From NCBI GenBank assembly GCA_027038295.1, contig JALVXD010000216.1, positions 14,804 to 78,803 on the forward strand: 64,000 nucleotides of DNA. The letters run 5' to 3'. Made by a program: the position numbers and the translations under genes. A model generated the notes under the pieces. That model was not told the DNA's origin, did not search any database, and saw nothing but the letters and a program-made list of their open reading frames with translations. Positions 9,463-20,006 of the stretch are shown piece after piece (positions within the stretch are counted from its first letter, which is position 1; each line of letters begins with the position of its first letter). Source of the DNA: Campylobacteraceae bacterium (GTDB taxonomy: Bacteria > Campylobacterota > Campylobacteria > Campylobacterales > Sulfurovaceae).

Positions 9463-12400
9463 CTACCTAAACCTCTTCCTAAAGAAAACATCTATACTCT
9501 GTGATGGCACCGTTTTTTGGTGTTGTCCAACTTCTACTTTTATATTTTTATTAACCTCATACTCCAATATAAATGAGTTACCCTCTTTAGAATTTTCTAT
9601 AACAAACATCGTATCATCATCTATTTTTTTACCTACTTGAACAGCATAGCCTTCACCTGTTCCATCATCTTTTATAAAGACTCTATCAAGTTCAACCTCA
9701 TAGGCAAAATCTCTTGCAGCTTGATTCATAATAAAAAGTTGAGCCTCTCGTCCCAAAGAGCCTCCCCCTTCTGAAAGACTCGCTGTAGAGACACCTAAAA
9801 GTAGATAAGATAAAATATCTTTTTTTGCCATTGCAGGGTCAGAGCTAAAGTCCAGCTTAGGACGATTGGCATCACCATGAATATTAATAGTAATCAGTAC
9901 ATCAGGCAACTCATGTTCTACTTTGATATCCAGTAGAGGATTTATATCTTTTAGTCCTCTAAAAACAATATTAGAATCTACAACAGTAAAAAGTTTTGGA
10001 GCTTGTTCTACACGACCATTTATATCACGTATTTTTCCCAGCATTCCCAAATTTTTACCAAAAGCCTTTTTAGCTTTCACATCAACCGTAAACTCCAACT
10101 CAATATCTCTGGTTTTATACTGAGCATCAGGAGCATAAATAGAAAGGTCTATATAGGTATCTTCTAAAAAATTATCACTCTCTTTTTTCTTCTTTTTATC
10201 TTTTTTAGTAATAACTATAACATCGGGGTCATGTGCAGCATCTAAAAACTTGGCTTCATAAAAAACTTTTAGCTTATCAAGAGAAACTCCACCTACAATT
10301 TTTCTCTTTTTCCCTATTTGACTATAGTTTATATGGGTACTAAGAATCATACTTCCATAATTTGGGTGACCCAAAGGTAGTTTCTCTATAGAAGCATCAA
10401 CACTCATATTTTCTACAGTACCTTTTCCCTTGACCAATATATTTGGATGCATGTCTATAAGCACATCTCTCTTCTCTCCCAAATAAATCTTTCCTTTTTG
10501 GTTCAAGTAGAAATCTCTGTTTAACTTTTTATCTTTAAAGCCTGTGGTTTTAAAACTTAAGGTATTAAGTGTGAGTAACTCTTTAGCATAATGAACATCT
10601 ACATCTAAACTCTCAATGTTAAACCCTTCCATCTTTAGCTTAGGAGAGTTTAGTTTTGCAAAAATCTCTTCACCTCTCATCTTAACTTTGGCATGTAATG
10701 GTCCATTAACAGGGGTTACAGTAAATGGATAGAGTGCTGAAAACTCTTTTTCTAGCTTGGTAACAGAGTCGATATCTAAAGTTGCTTCTATCTGCTTCTT
10801 TGCTATATCTCCTTTAGCAAGTAGTTTAAGATGAGCTGTTGTAATTTTTACATTTAGACCAGAAGCATCATTTTTAGCATCAATATGAGCTTTAAAGCCT
10901 TTATTCGCCTCAATTAGCCCTTTAACCCTAAAGTAGTTCTTAGAAAGAGTTACCTCACCTTCGATGTCTGCTTTAACAAAAGTATCTTTCAACTCACGAG
11001 GAAGTTCTACTATTTTTGCAGGATAAATCCCTTCACTCTTAAGTTTAAAAGTAAAATGGTCATTGTCCGAACTTTCAGCTTTGAGTTGAAGTTTAGGAGA
11101 GTCTATAGTTACAAGTAGTTTTCCTTGCTCATTTTTCATATCTATCTTAACGGGTTTTAGTGATTTTAAATTGACTCCAAAAGCATCAAGATTATCAACC
11201 TCAAGCTTGTTTTTTAGTTTCATAGATTTTGGATTAGTATAATCACCAGAGAAACTACTTTTTAAATTTAGACCCAAAGAGCCACCTGATGATTTAATAT
11301 CTACAGAACCTGATGCCTGATGCGAGAGTAGATTTAACTCTATAGGTGAACCTTTTATGCTTACATTGGATATTTTTTTATCTTTAAGCACTTTGGTATT
11401 AGCAGTTAAATCCAGCTGTAAATCTTTAAGTCCACCTTTGGCTTTTAATACTAAGGGGGTATCACCTTTTAGTTTAAACTCCTGCTCTTTTAAAAAAGTG
11501 TTTATGTATTTGTCATGAGCATCTACCTTCGCTACAACATTTTTTAGTAGCAAAGTGTTGTTTATATCATTGCTATTTAAGCTCACTCCACCATTTATCT
11601 TACCATCTGCAACAGTAGAGCCAAATAGCGTCATAAACGTGGCATCTACATCACCTTTTAAAGGCTTGGCTGTTCCTTTTATATCTACATTTTTCACATC
11701 AAAAGCTATGCTGTTTTGCTTCCCTTTAAGATTTTTAAAAGAGGTTGAGAACGTGACATTTTTCATATTACCTTTTGCTTTTAGATTTACGTGACTATCA
11801 CTAGAGATAGTTACATTTGAGTCTTTTAACATCCTACTCAACCCATTTCCATGACTGTTTAAATCAGAGTTTAGAGTAAAGGTCAAAGTATTGTTTAAAT
11901 CTTTATAGTTTAAAGAGGTTTTTACATCAACCATCCCACCTACTAACGATGAATCAAAATGGGTTAACAGTGTTGCTTTAACATCTCCATCTAAAGGTTT
12001 GGCTGTTCCTTTAAGGTCTAAATCCTTTAGATTTAAAGCCATACCATTTTGCTTTGCCTTTAAGCCTTTAATGGTTGTCTTATACTTCACATTTTTCATA
12101 TTACCTTTAGCAAAAATCTTTACTGTTGGAAAGGCTTGTATCGTAATGTTTTGCTCTCGTAAATTAGTAACGATAGAAGAGTTTTTAGGTTTAAACGTAG
12201 AGTCCAAATCAAAGAGTAAAGTATTGTTCAAATCATCCAAATTTAGCGTAGCATGAGAATCCAACTTCAAATCACCCATATTGGTAACTATCGCTGCTTT
12301 AGTGCTATTAAGCACATCTTTTTTCTCTATGCTATAGTTTCCAAAAGTGTGCAATGTTTTACTATGTACTTCATACTCATTTTGCTTAAAATCCAAACGA

Positions 12401-13134
12401 TGTAGAGTCACATCATAATCAATTTTTTCTAAATCTCCATCTGCTTTTAAAGTCAATTTTGGGTTACTTAAAAAGCTCAAATTCTGCTCTGCTACAAAAG
12501 GTTCTATAAAGCCCTTTTCACCCTCTATAACTCCTGCTAAATGGTAGTGTTCATTTTTAAAAGTAGCATTCAGGTCTGCTTTTGCCATATTACCATCAAG
12601 CCATAGAGTCACATCACCCTCATGTTCTGTTTTCATATCTGTTTCAAGATTATTCACATGAAGTTTAAAGTCATGTACATCATACTCTTGATAGGCTATA
12701 TTTTTCAATGATATATCTGCATTGTTCACTATTACCCTATCAAAAGGAAGCGTGATATTACCTTCTGTTTTATTCTCTTCTGTAGCATTACTATCTATCA
12801 GTGAAGCTAAAAAATCTTTATCAATCTCTGCATTTTTTAAAACCAAATTATCAATATATAAAACTCTATTTTCTAACTGCTCAAGGTCTACTTTTAGGCT
12901 TACCTCTTTAGCATGAACTTGATTGTTATAATGTACATCTGTTAAAGTAAAGCCCGAAAGAAGTCCACCCTCCATCTTGCCATACGTAATCCCCTGCTCT
13001 TTTAGTGGTGACTTTAACAGACCCAAAACAGTTGAGGGAGACTCCAAAACAAAATAGAGAAAAATAGCCAAAAATATAAACAGTAAAATCAACCATTTTA
13101 TAATGCTATGAGAGATTAAGAGTAGCTTTTTCAA
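9463..13134 (-). CDS. tamB: translocation/assembly module TamB-like protein
   Basis: N-terminal TM anchor, long beta-rich repeats, C-terminal DUF490-like region (INPLLDIKVE...GDANRPKLDFSSDP...ILSYLLLG); coupled to an Omp85 gene. Confidence 0.82.
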   Translation of the reverse strand: MKKLLLISHSIIKWLILLFIFLAIFLYFVLESPSTVLGLLKSPLKEQGITYGKMEGGLLSGFTLTDVHYNNQVHAKEVSLKVDLEQLENRVLYIDNLVLKNAEIDKDFLASLIDSNATEENKTEGNITLPFDRVIVNNADISLKNIAYQEYDVHDFKLHVNNLETDMKTEHEGDVTLWLDGNMAKADLNATFKNEHYHLAGVIEGEKGFIEPFVAEQNLSFLSNPKLTLKADGDLEKIDYDVTLHRLDFKQNEYEVHSKTLHTFGNYSIEKKDVLNSTKAAIVTNMGDLKLDSHATLNLDDLNNTLLFDLDSTFKPKNSSIVTNLREQNITIQAFPTVKIFAKGNMKNVKYKTTIKGLKAKQNGMALNLKDLDLKGTAKPLDGDVKATLLTHFDSSLVGGMVDVKTSLNYKDLNNTLTFTLNSDLNSHGNGLSRMLKDSNVTISSDSHVNLKAKGNMKNVTFSTSFKNLKGKQNSIAFDVKNVDIKGTAKPLKGDVDATFMTLFGSTVADGKINGGVSLNSNDINNTLLLKNVVAKVDAHDKYINTFLKEQEFKLKGDTPLVLKAKGGLKDLQLDLTANTKVLKDKKISNVSIKGSPIELNLLSHQASGSVDIKSSGGSLGLNLKSSFSGDYTNPKSMKLKNKLEVDNLDAFGVNLKSLKPVKIDMKNEQGKLLVTIDSPKLQLKAESSDNDHFTFKLKSEGIYPAKIVELPRELKDTFVKADIEGEVTLSKNYFRVKGLIEANKGFKAHIDAKNDASGLNVKITTAHLKLLAKGDIAKKQIEATLDIDSVTKLEKEFSALYPFTVTPVNGPLHAKVKMRGEEIFAKLNSPKLKMEGFNIESLDVDVHYAKELLTLNTLSFKTTGFKDKKLNRDFYLNQKGKIYLGEKRDVLIDMHPNILVKGKGTVENMSVDASIEKLPLGHPNYGSMILSTHINYSQIGKKRKIVGGVSLDKLKVFYEAKFLDAAHDPDVIVITKKDKKKKKESDNFLEDTYIDLSIYAPDAQYKTRDIELEFTVDVKAKKAFGKNLGMLGKIRDINGRVEQAPKLFTVVDSNIVFRGLKDINPLLDIKVEHELPDVLITINIHGDANRPKLDFSSDPAMAKKDILSYLLLGVSTASLSEGGGSLGREAQLFIMNQAARDFAYEVELDRVFIKDDGTGEGYAVQVGKKIDDDTMFVIENSKEGNSFILEYEVNKNIKVEVGQHQKTVPSQSIDVFFRKRFR

Positions 13135-14852
13135 AATACCTGTCCTATTCCTAAATGCAAGGCAAAGCCACCATCGGTAGGAAAGCCAACGTCAAGTCGC
13201 AGAGGTCCAATCACCGACAAATAACGAAGACCTGTTCCATAAGAGTTGTACCACTCTTCAGAAAACTCATTGATATCAAGTGAGAGTTTTGAGCTGTCTA
13301 CAAAGCCAACTACAGCAAAGTTTTCAGTCATATAGTAACGCCCTTCTAAAGAGGCATCTATCATGCTTAAGCCACCCAAAGGATACCCACCACTATGTGC
13401 ACCCAAGTCTCGATACTCATACCCTCGGTTACTCATGGCTCCACCCAAAAAGAAGTGTTTAAAAGGAGGTGTCTCTTCTGAAATGGTTCCCACCTTTACT
13501 TTAAATGCCCAAACCATAGGGTCAAACTCTTTAATGTACCGAGCCTCACCCAAAACCTTTAAGTAGTCAATATCTGAACCGAGTTGCTTCATAGATTTTT
13601 CTACATAAAGAGAAGTGTAATAACCATTTTTAGCATCCATTATATCATCACGTGCATCAAGTACAAAACGGTAAAAAAGGGAGTTTATTAGGTAGTTCCC
13701 ACTTAAAAAAGCTGGTATGCCAGACTCTATCTCTGAGTGTTCCATCTGAAACCCTAAAAAATGGTCAAACCGACGCCTTTCACCTAAAATTTCTTGATTA
13801 TAAAATTTTCCAAAAGTCACACGCTCTGTAAAAAGTTTTTCTATATAAGAGTCATAATCCCATCTACTATAACCAAGCTCATTTCTAAAACTAATTTTTC
13901 CTGTTAAATCATTATCTATAATTCTAGGGTCATAAAAAGAGGTATGGGCATCATATCCACGTTCTGAAATTTTTAGACCTGCTCTAAGCTCACGCATATT
14001 TCCAAAAAAGTTATGGTCAATATACTCCAAGCCTCCTCTAGCACCCTCTTCGGTATCATAACCTATATGGGAAGCAAACTCTTTGGTCTTTCCCTCTTCT
14101 AAAGTAATGGTCATAGGTGTTTTTCCATCACTTGTGTTAAAATCTGCTTCCATCTTTATCTTATCAAAAACACCGAGTCTATAGATATTGTCATAGCTCT
14201 CTTCAAGTTTGAGAACATTATAAAGCTCACCCTCTTCATACGTTATCTCTTCAAATATTAGCTTATTATCAACCTTGGCAGAGTTATTAATCTCTGTGGT
14301 AGAAAAATACTTTTTTTCACCTTTATTAATTTCCATCTTAATATCAACCTTATATAAGTCAACATCTACAAAAGCTTTAGCATTTAACTTATATGTAGGG
14401 TAGCCTGTCTCTTCAAGATGACGAGATATCTTCTTTTTGGTTTTAGTAAAATCTGTAGTTCTAAAACGTTTTCCTTGTTTAAATAGAGCAAAACGTTTAA
14501 ACTCATCATCCATAACAATTGAAGCTATTTTAATCGCTTCATTTTTTTTAATATTTAAATAAATCGTATCGTCATCAGTATTAGAGGAGACCTCTACTTT
14601 ATAGTACCCCATGCTTTTACTATAATCTATAAGACTGTCTTCAAAGCCTTTTATCTGTTTACTCTCAAAAGTTGGGTCAGACTTCCAAATTTTATAAATA
14701 GCTGGGTACTCTATATGACAAATTTTAAGCAGAGTATCCCTATCAAACTCTCCAGCAATAAGGTCAATATCTCCTGTAAATTTTATATTGTCAAAGGTTT
14801 TCCCATACATAACAGTAGTTATAAGAAGTAGTATATAAATATATTTTTTCAT
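13131..14852 (-). CDS. tamA: Omp85-family autotransporter assembly protein TamA
   Basis: Signal peptide, POTRA-like region, FFLGGAMSNRGY loop motif, GTGLRYLSVIGPLRLDVG, terminal GIGQVF. Confidence 0.85.
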   Translation of the reverse strand: MKKYIYILLLITTVMYGKTFDNIKFTGDIDLIAGEFDRDTLLKICHIEYPAIYKIWKSDPTFESKQIKGFEDSLIDYSKSMGYYKVEVSSNTDDDTIYLNIKKNEAIKIASIVMDDEFKRFALFKQGKRFRTTDFTKTKKKISRHLEETGYPTYKLNAKAFVDVDLYKVDIKMEINKGEKKYFSTTEINNSAKVDNKLIFEEITYEEGELYNVLKLEESYDNIYRLGVFDKIKMEADFNTSDGKTPMTITLEEGKTKEFASHIGYDTEEGARGGLEYIDHNFFGNMRELRAGLKISERGYDAHTSFYDPRIIDNDLTGKISFRNELGYSRWDYDSYIEKLFTERVTFGKFYNQEILGERRRFDHFLGFQMEHSEIESGIPAFLSGNYLINSLFYRFVLDARDDIMDAKNGYYTSLYVEKSMKQLGSDIDYLKVLGEARYIKEFDPMVWAFKVKVGTISEETPPFKHFFLGGAMSNRGYEYRDLGAHSGGYPLGGLSMIDASLEGRYYMTENFAVVGFVDSSKLSLDINEFSEEWYNSYGTGLRYLSVIGPLRLDVGFPTDGGFALHLGIGQVF

Positions 14853-15005
14853 TGTTTCTATTCTAACATAGAAGTGTAAAAAAATAAATTGTTAATTTGA
14901 TATTTCATAAAAAAACAAAGAAAAGTAAAATAAGATTAGACAAAATTCAATACTTAGAAATAAAGATACAAAAAAGAATTAATTTAAAAAGAATTTTCAG
15001 GAAAG

Positions 15006-15112
15006 TTTTTTCGTTGTAATTTTTTCTTTAGTCTAGGCGTGCATGAGGAAGTGTACTTCTGTACATGACGAAATGCAACAACGACGAATAAAGGAAAAAG
15101 TACAATGAAAAA
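15006..15112. repeat. ~107-bp imperfect palindromic element (MITE/REP-like) abutting the tRNA 3' end
   Basis: Arms 15006-15033 and 15086-15112 are imperfect inverted repeats; nested stems TGCAT/ATGCA (15040-44/15073-77) and TGTAC-ttct-GTACA (15052-65). Confidence 0.7.
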
Positions 15113-15187
15113 TGGTGATCACGATTGGACTTGAACCAACGACTTCTTCCATGTCAAGGAAGTACTCTACCACTGAGTTACGCGATC
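15113..15187 (-). tRNA. tRNA-Val(GAC)
   Basis: Cloverleaf: acceptor GATCGCG/CGTGATC, D-arm ACTC/GAGT, anticodon arm CTTCC-TTGACAT-GGAAG, T-arm GTTGG-TTCAAGT-CCAAT, encoded ACCA; 75 nt. Confidence 0.98.
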
Positions 15188-15251
15188 ACTAGCATAAAGG
15201 AGAGTGGGATTATATTTTTTTTTGACTTAAATAAAGATTAGGTGGCTATTT

Positions 15252-16001
15252 TTAACCGATTAACCGATTGAGTAAAGCTCCTATTCCTTTGTTTATAGAT
15301 TCAAATATAACTTTTGTATAATTTTTTTTAGGTTGAGCTTCTTTTTCAATAAGATTGTAATTATAATAACTATTTTGTAAAAGTGTATGTTTAGAAGAGA
15401 GAACTTTTTCTCTAATATTAATCGTTTGTTCCATATAATCTAAAGCCATAGTGTACTGATTTAAATGATAATAAACCAAAGCCAACCTACTATAACTCTC
15501 TGCAACTAAAAGGTCATTTTCTACATAAGCGAGTTCTTTTCTCAACTCCAAAGCTTTTTTATAATAGCGTAAAGCAAAAGAAAACTCTCCACCTTGTTCA
15601 TAAATTGCTCCAATACTTTGATAGTTTTCAGCTGTAGAGAGATGCTTCACGCCTAAATACTCCTCTCGTATTTTAACAGATTCTAAGTAGAAAGGTAAGC
15701 TTTTTTCTAGTTCCATTAACGATGCATACATATGTGCTATATAAGTTAAAAACAGTGCCATTTCTTCTGTAGCAGTACTTTTCTGTACCTCATCTTCTAT
15801 AGATATAACATTTTTAAAATAATCTACTACTTTCAGTGTTAGTCTCTGTCTATCTATGAGGTCTACATCTAAACTGTAATCATAGTTTATCTCTTTGTTT
15901 TTAAGTTGATAAAATCCTATCATAAACTGTTTCAACATATTACTATCCATATTTTTAATAAAAGTGCTTAATTGATTAGAGAAACTTTCTACCAATATCA
16001 T
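15252..16001 (-). CDS. tetratricopeptide repeat protein (kinesin-light-chain-like TPRs)
   Basis: Repeats such as SVKIREEYLGVKHLSTAENYQSIG and ALELRKEL...VAESYSRLA. Confidence 0.85.
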   Translation of the reverse strand: MILVESFSNQLSTFIKNMDSNMLKQFMIGFYQLKNKEINYDYSLDVDLIDRQRLTLKVVDYFKNVISIEDEVQKSTATEEMALFLTYIAHMYASLMELEKSLPFYLESVKIREEYLGVKHLSTAENYQSIGAIYEQGGEFSFALRYYKKALELRKELAYVENDLLVAESYSRLALVYYHLNQYTMALDYMEQTINIREKVLSSKHTLLQNSYYNYNLIEKEAQPKKNYTKVIFESINKGIGALLNRLIG

Positions 16002-16002
16002 G

Positions 16003-16845
16003 TTATTCTCCTATGCTCTTAAGCGTCAATATATTTTTAAAATAATCAAACAAAGAGAATCTATAATTTACCCTTTTATATTTAGGAACTTTTTTTAAAA
16101 TATCTTTTAAATTTTCTTTAGCACTCAATAACACTTTATCATTTTTATCAAAAATTAATTCACGAATTTTAATGGCTTTTTCTATATGAATAAGTGCTTT
16201 ATTATACTCTTCAAGATAGTAATAACAGATAGCCAAATTATGGTAACTGTTTGCTGTCTCAGGATGAGACATTTTAAATAAATCTTTACGAATCTCTAAT
16301 GCTTTTTCAAACAGTGGAGATGCCAATCCATACTCTTCTGATTTTGCATAAAAATAACCTAAATCATGATATGATGCTGCTGTGTTGGGATATGTATCAC
16401 CTAAAACTTCAACTCTTATATCAAGTGCTTTCTGATAAAACTCTAATGCTCGTGAAAAACTATTATTATAAAAATAAATATGTGCCAATGCACTGTATGA
16501 TGATGCTGTATCTCTATGTTTATCACCCAAAAGTTCTTTTCTAATAGTTAAAGCTTCTTTATGTAAGCTCATCGATTTTTCAAAATTTCCATCTACATAA
16601 TAAGCATTCGCCAAATCACTATAACTATTGGCTGTCTTTTTATGCATGAAACCGAAAGATTCTTCTCTTAACTTCAATGATTTATTATAAAAATAAATTA
16701 CTTTTTTATTTAATTTTATATTTTTATAGATACCTGCCAATATAGCATACTCTTCAGCAGTAGGTTTTTTTAATTTATTAGGAATAGTACTGTATCCACT
16801 ATTATATTGATTTACATAGCTTATTGAATCAATTGAATCAACCAT
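16003..16845 (-). CDS. tetratricopeptide repeat protein (about five 42-aa TPR units)
   Basis: Repeated ALxIRxExLGxxHxxTAxSYxxLA units. Confidence 0.9.
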   Translation of the reverse strand: MVDSIDSISYVNQYNSGYSTIPNKLKKPTAEEYAILAGIYKNIKLNKKVIYFYNKSLKLREESFGFMHKKTANSYSDLANAYYVDGNFEKSMSLHKEALTIRKELLGDKHRDTASSYSALAHIYFYNNSFSRALEFYQKALDIRVEVLGDTYPNTAASYHDLGYFYAKSEEYGLASPLFEKALEIRKDLFKMSHPETANSYHNLAICYYYLEEYNKALIHIEKAIKIRELIFDKNDKVLLSAKENLKDILKKVPKYKRVNYRFSLFDYFKNILTLKSIGE

Positions 16846-17145
16846 TTCTATTCCTTAAAATTTTATTTATTTTTAATTATACTTATTTTTACTATGTTTT
16901 TAATAAATAATTAAACATTTGCAACACATTTGAAATATTTTTTTTGATATTGTTTTATACTAAAGCATTATTTATTTATTTTAATTATTTTTTAATATTA
17001 AAATAAACTAATTGTTAATATTTAATAGCTCTTTTCTATTCCAAAGAGTCTACTAACTCATTTTTAACCAGCAAGGGAGTATAATCGCGAAATTTTTCTC
17101 TCTTTATGACACTTTAAGGTTTCATCATGTACTATGGGAAAAGTT

Positions 17146-17170
17146 AATTAGGACTAAGTTTGTCCGATTT
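17146..17170. promoter_or_regulatory. putative Rrf2/IscR-type operator upstream of nifSU
   Basis: aattaGGAC-taagttt-GTCCgattt dyad just downstream of TG-TACTAT (extended -10, 17128-17135); resembles the GAC-N7-GTC core of IscR type 1 sites. Confidence 0.5.
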
Positions 17171-17201
17171 AAAAATCATGAGCTTGACTCAAAGGAATTA
17201 A

Positions 17202-18404
<1,203 letters not shown>

Positions 18405-18478
18405 AACAGAGATATAGTAAAAAAGCAGAGAGATATAAAAATTATACGTTCAATTGTATTGGACAGAAAGGAAAAAAC

Positions 18479-19450
18479 ATGGGATTAGACAGTTTAGTTG
18501 GAGGTACCATCTGGGATGAGTACAGTAATAAAGTAGCAGATTTGATGAACAACCCAAAAAATATGGGTGAAATTACAACCGAAGAAGCAGAAGAGAAAGG
18601 TGGTAAACTTATTGTCGCAGATTTTGGTGCAGAATCTTGTGGAGATGCCGTTCGTTTATATTGGCTTGTTAACCCAAATACTGATGTGATTATGGACTCT
18701 AAATTTAAGAGTTTTGGATGTGGAACTGCTATTGCCTCTTCAGACACTATGGCAGAACTATGTAAGTTTAAAACTGTTCAAGAAGCTGTAAAAATAACCA
18801 ATATTGATGTTGAGAAAGCGATGAGAGATACACCAGATGTTCCATCGGTTCCACCTCAAAAAATGCACTGTTCAGTAATGGCATACGATGTTATCAAAAA
18901 AGCAGCTGCTCAATATATGAATGTGGATATGGAAAGTTTTGAAGAAGAAATCATCGTTTGTGAGTGTGCAAGAGTATCACTTAGTACATTGCAAGAAGTT
19001 ATTAGACTCAACGACCTTACCACGGTAGAACAGATAGCAGACTACACCAAAGCTGGTGCATTCTGTAAGTCATGTATTCGCCCTGGTGGACATGAAGCAA
19101 AAGACATCTACTTGGTTGACTTACTCGAAGAGTATGAAAAAGAAAAAATGGCTAAAACTGCTGACAGCCTAGCACAAGGTGGACCAGTAGACTTTGAGCA
19201 GATGACTGTAGTTCAAAAACTAAAGGTTGTAGACAAGGTCATTGATGACAATATCCGTCAGATGCTTATTATGGATGGTGGAGATATGGAGATTCTTGAT
19301 ATTAAAGAGAATGGTGAAAATATTGACATTTATATCAGATATTTAGGTGCATGTAATGGTTGTGCTTCTGCCGATACAGGAACACTTTTTGCCATTGAGA
19401 ACATACTTAAAGAGAAACTTTCTCAAAATATTAGAGTTTTACCGATATAA
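18479..19450 (+). CDS. nifU: NifU Fe-S cluster assembly scaffold
   Basis: N-terminal IscU-like domain (SCGDAV, FGCGTAIAS, KMHCSVM), central [2Fe-2S] domain (VCEC...GAFCKSC), C-terminal Nfu domain (GACNGC). Confidence 0.96.
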   Translation: MGLDSLVGGTIWDEYSNKVADLMNNPKNMGEITTEEAEEKGGKLIVADFGAESCGDAVRLYWLVNPNTDVIMDSKFKSFGCGTAIASSDTMAELCKFKTVQEAVKITNIDVEKAMRDTPDVPSVPPQKMHCSVMAYDVIKKAAAQYMNVDMESFEEEIIVCECARVSLSTLQEVIRLNDLTTVEQIADYTKAGAFCKSCIRPGGHEAKDIYLVDLLEEYEKEKMAKTADSLAQGGPVDFEQMTVVQKLKVVDKVIDDNIRQMLIMDGGDMEILDIKENGENIDIYIRYLGACNGCASADTGTLFAIENILKEKLSQNIRVLPI

Positions 19451-19534
19451 ACATATTTACAATTCATGGGTAGACACATTGGTCTACCCCTACATATTTT
19501 ATAAAAGATTGCTATAATGTAAAAAAGGCTTTTT

Positions 19535-20005
19535 ATGAAATATTTTCTAAAATACCTCCTCTCTTCACTCCTTAGCTTCTCTTTTGTAGCTTGTTCTACA
19601 ACCAATCCTATACCCAATGAGGCAACCGATAGCACTGCACCTTATGTGGATAAAGCTTACCTACAAACACTTGATTTTAAAGGGAAAGAACTCATAGCTG
19701 TTAAGATTAAAGGTCAATACTACTATGTTCTTAAATCTGGTAAAAAAATCTCTACCCTCACTTATGATGAAAAAGCCGATGAGTTTTCTGATGGATTGGC
19801 AAGAACAAAAGTAAATGGAAAAATTGGTTTTTTTAACAAAAACTTAGAAATTGTCCTAAAACCCATTTATGATTTTGCCTTCCCTTTTCATGATGGAGAG
19901 GCTGAAATATGTACTGGATGTCAAGAGAAAAAAACTGATGGAACATCCATGTTAGATGGTGGAACATGGAAAAAAATTAATAGAGATGGCTTGGTCATAG
20001 AGTAA
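19535..20005 (+). CDS. WG-repeat lipoprotein
   Basis: Lipobox FVAC; FSDGLARTKVNGKIGFFN and YDFAFPFHDGEAEI are WG-repeat-like. Confidence 0.8.
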   Translation: MKYFLKYLLSSLLSFSFVACSTTNPIPNEATDSTAPYVDKAYLQTLDFKGKELIAVKIKGQYYYVLKSGKKISTLTYDEKADEFSDGLARTKVNGKIGFFNKNLEIVLKPIYDFAFPFHDGEAEICTGCQEKKTDGTSMLDGGTWKKINRDGLVIE

Positions 20006-20006
20006 A

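Noticed and set aside
15113-16845. tRNA-anchored genomic island containing the TPR genes
   Set aside because: The TPR genes lie on the 5' side of the tRNA, and there is no integrase or duplicated tRNA 3' end (att site) in the window.
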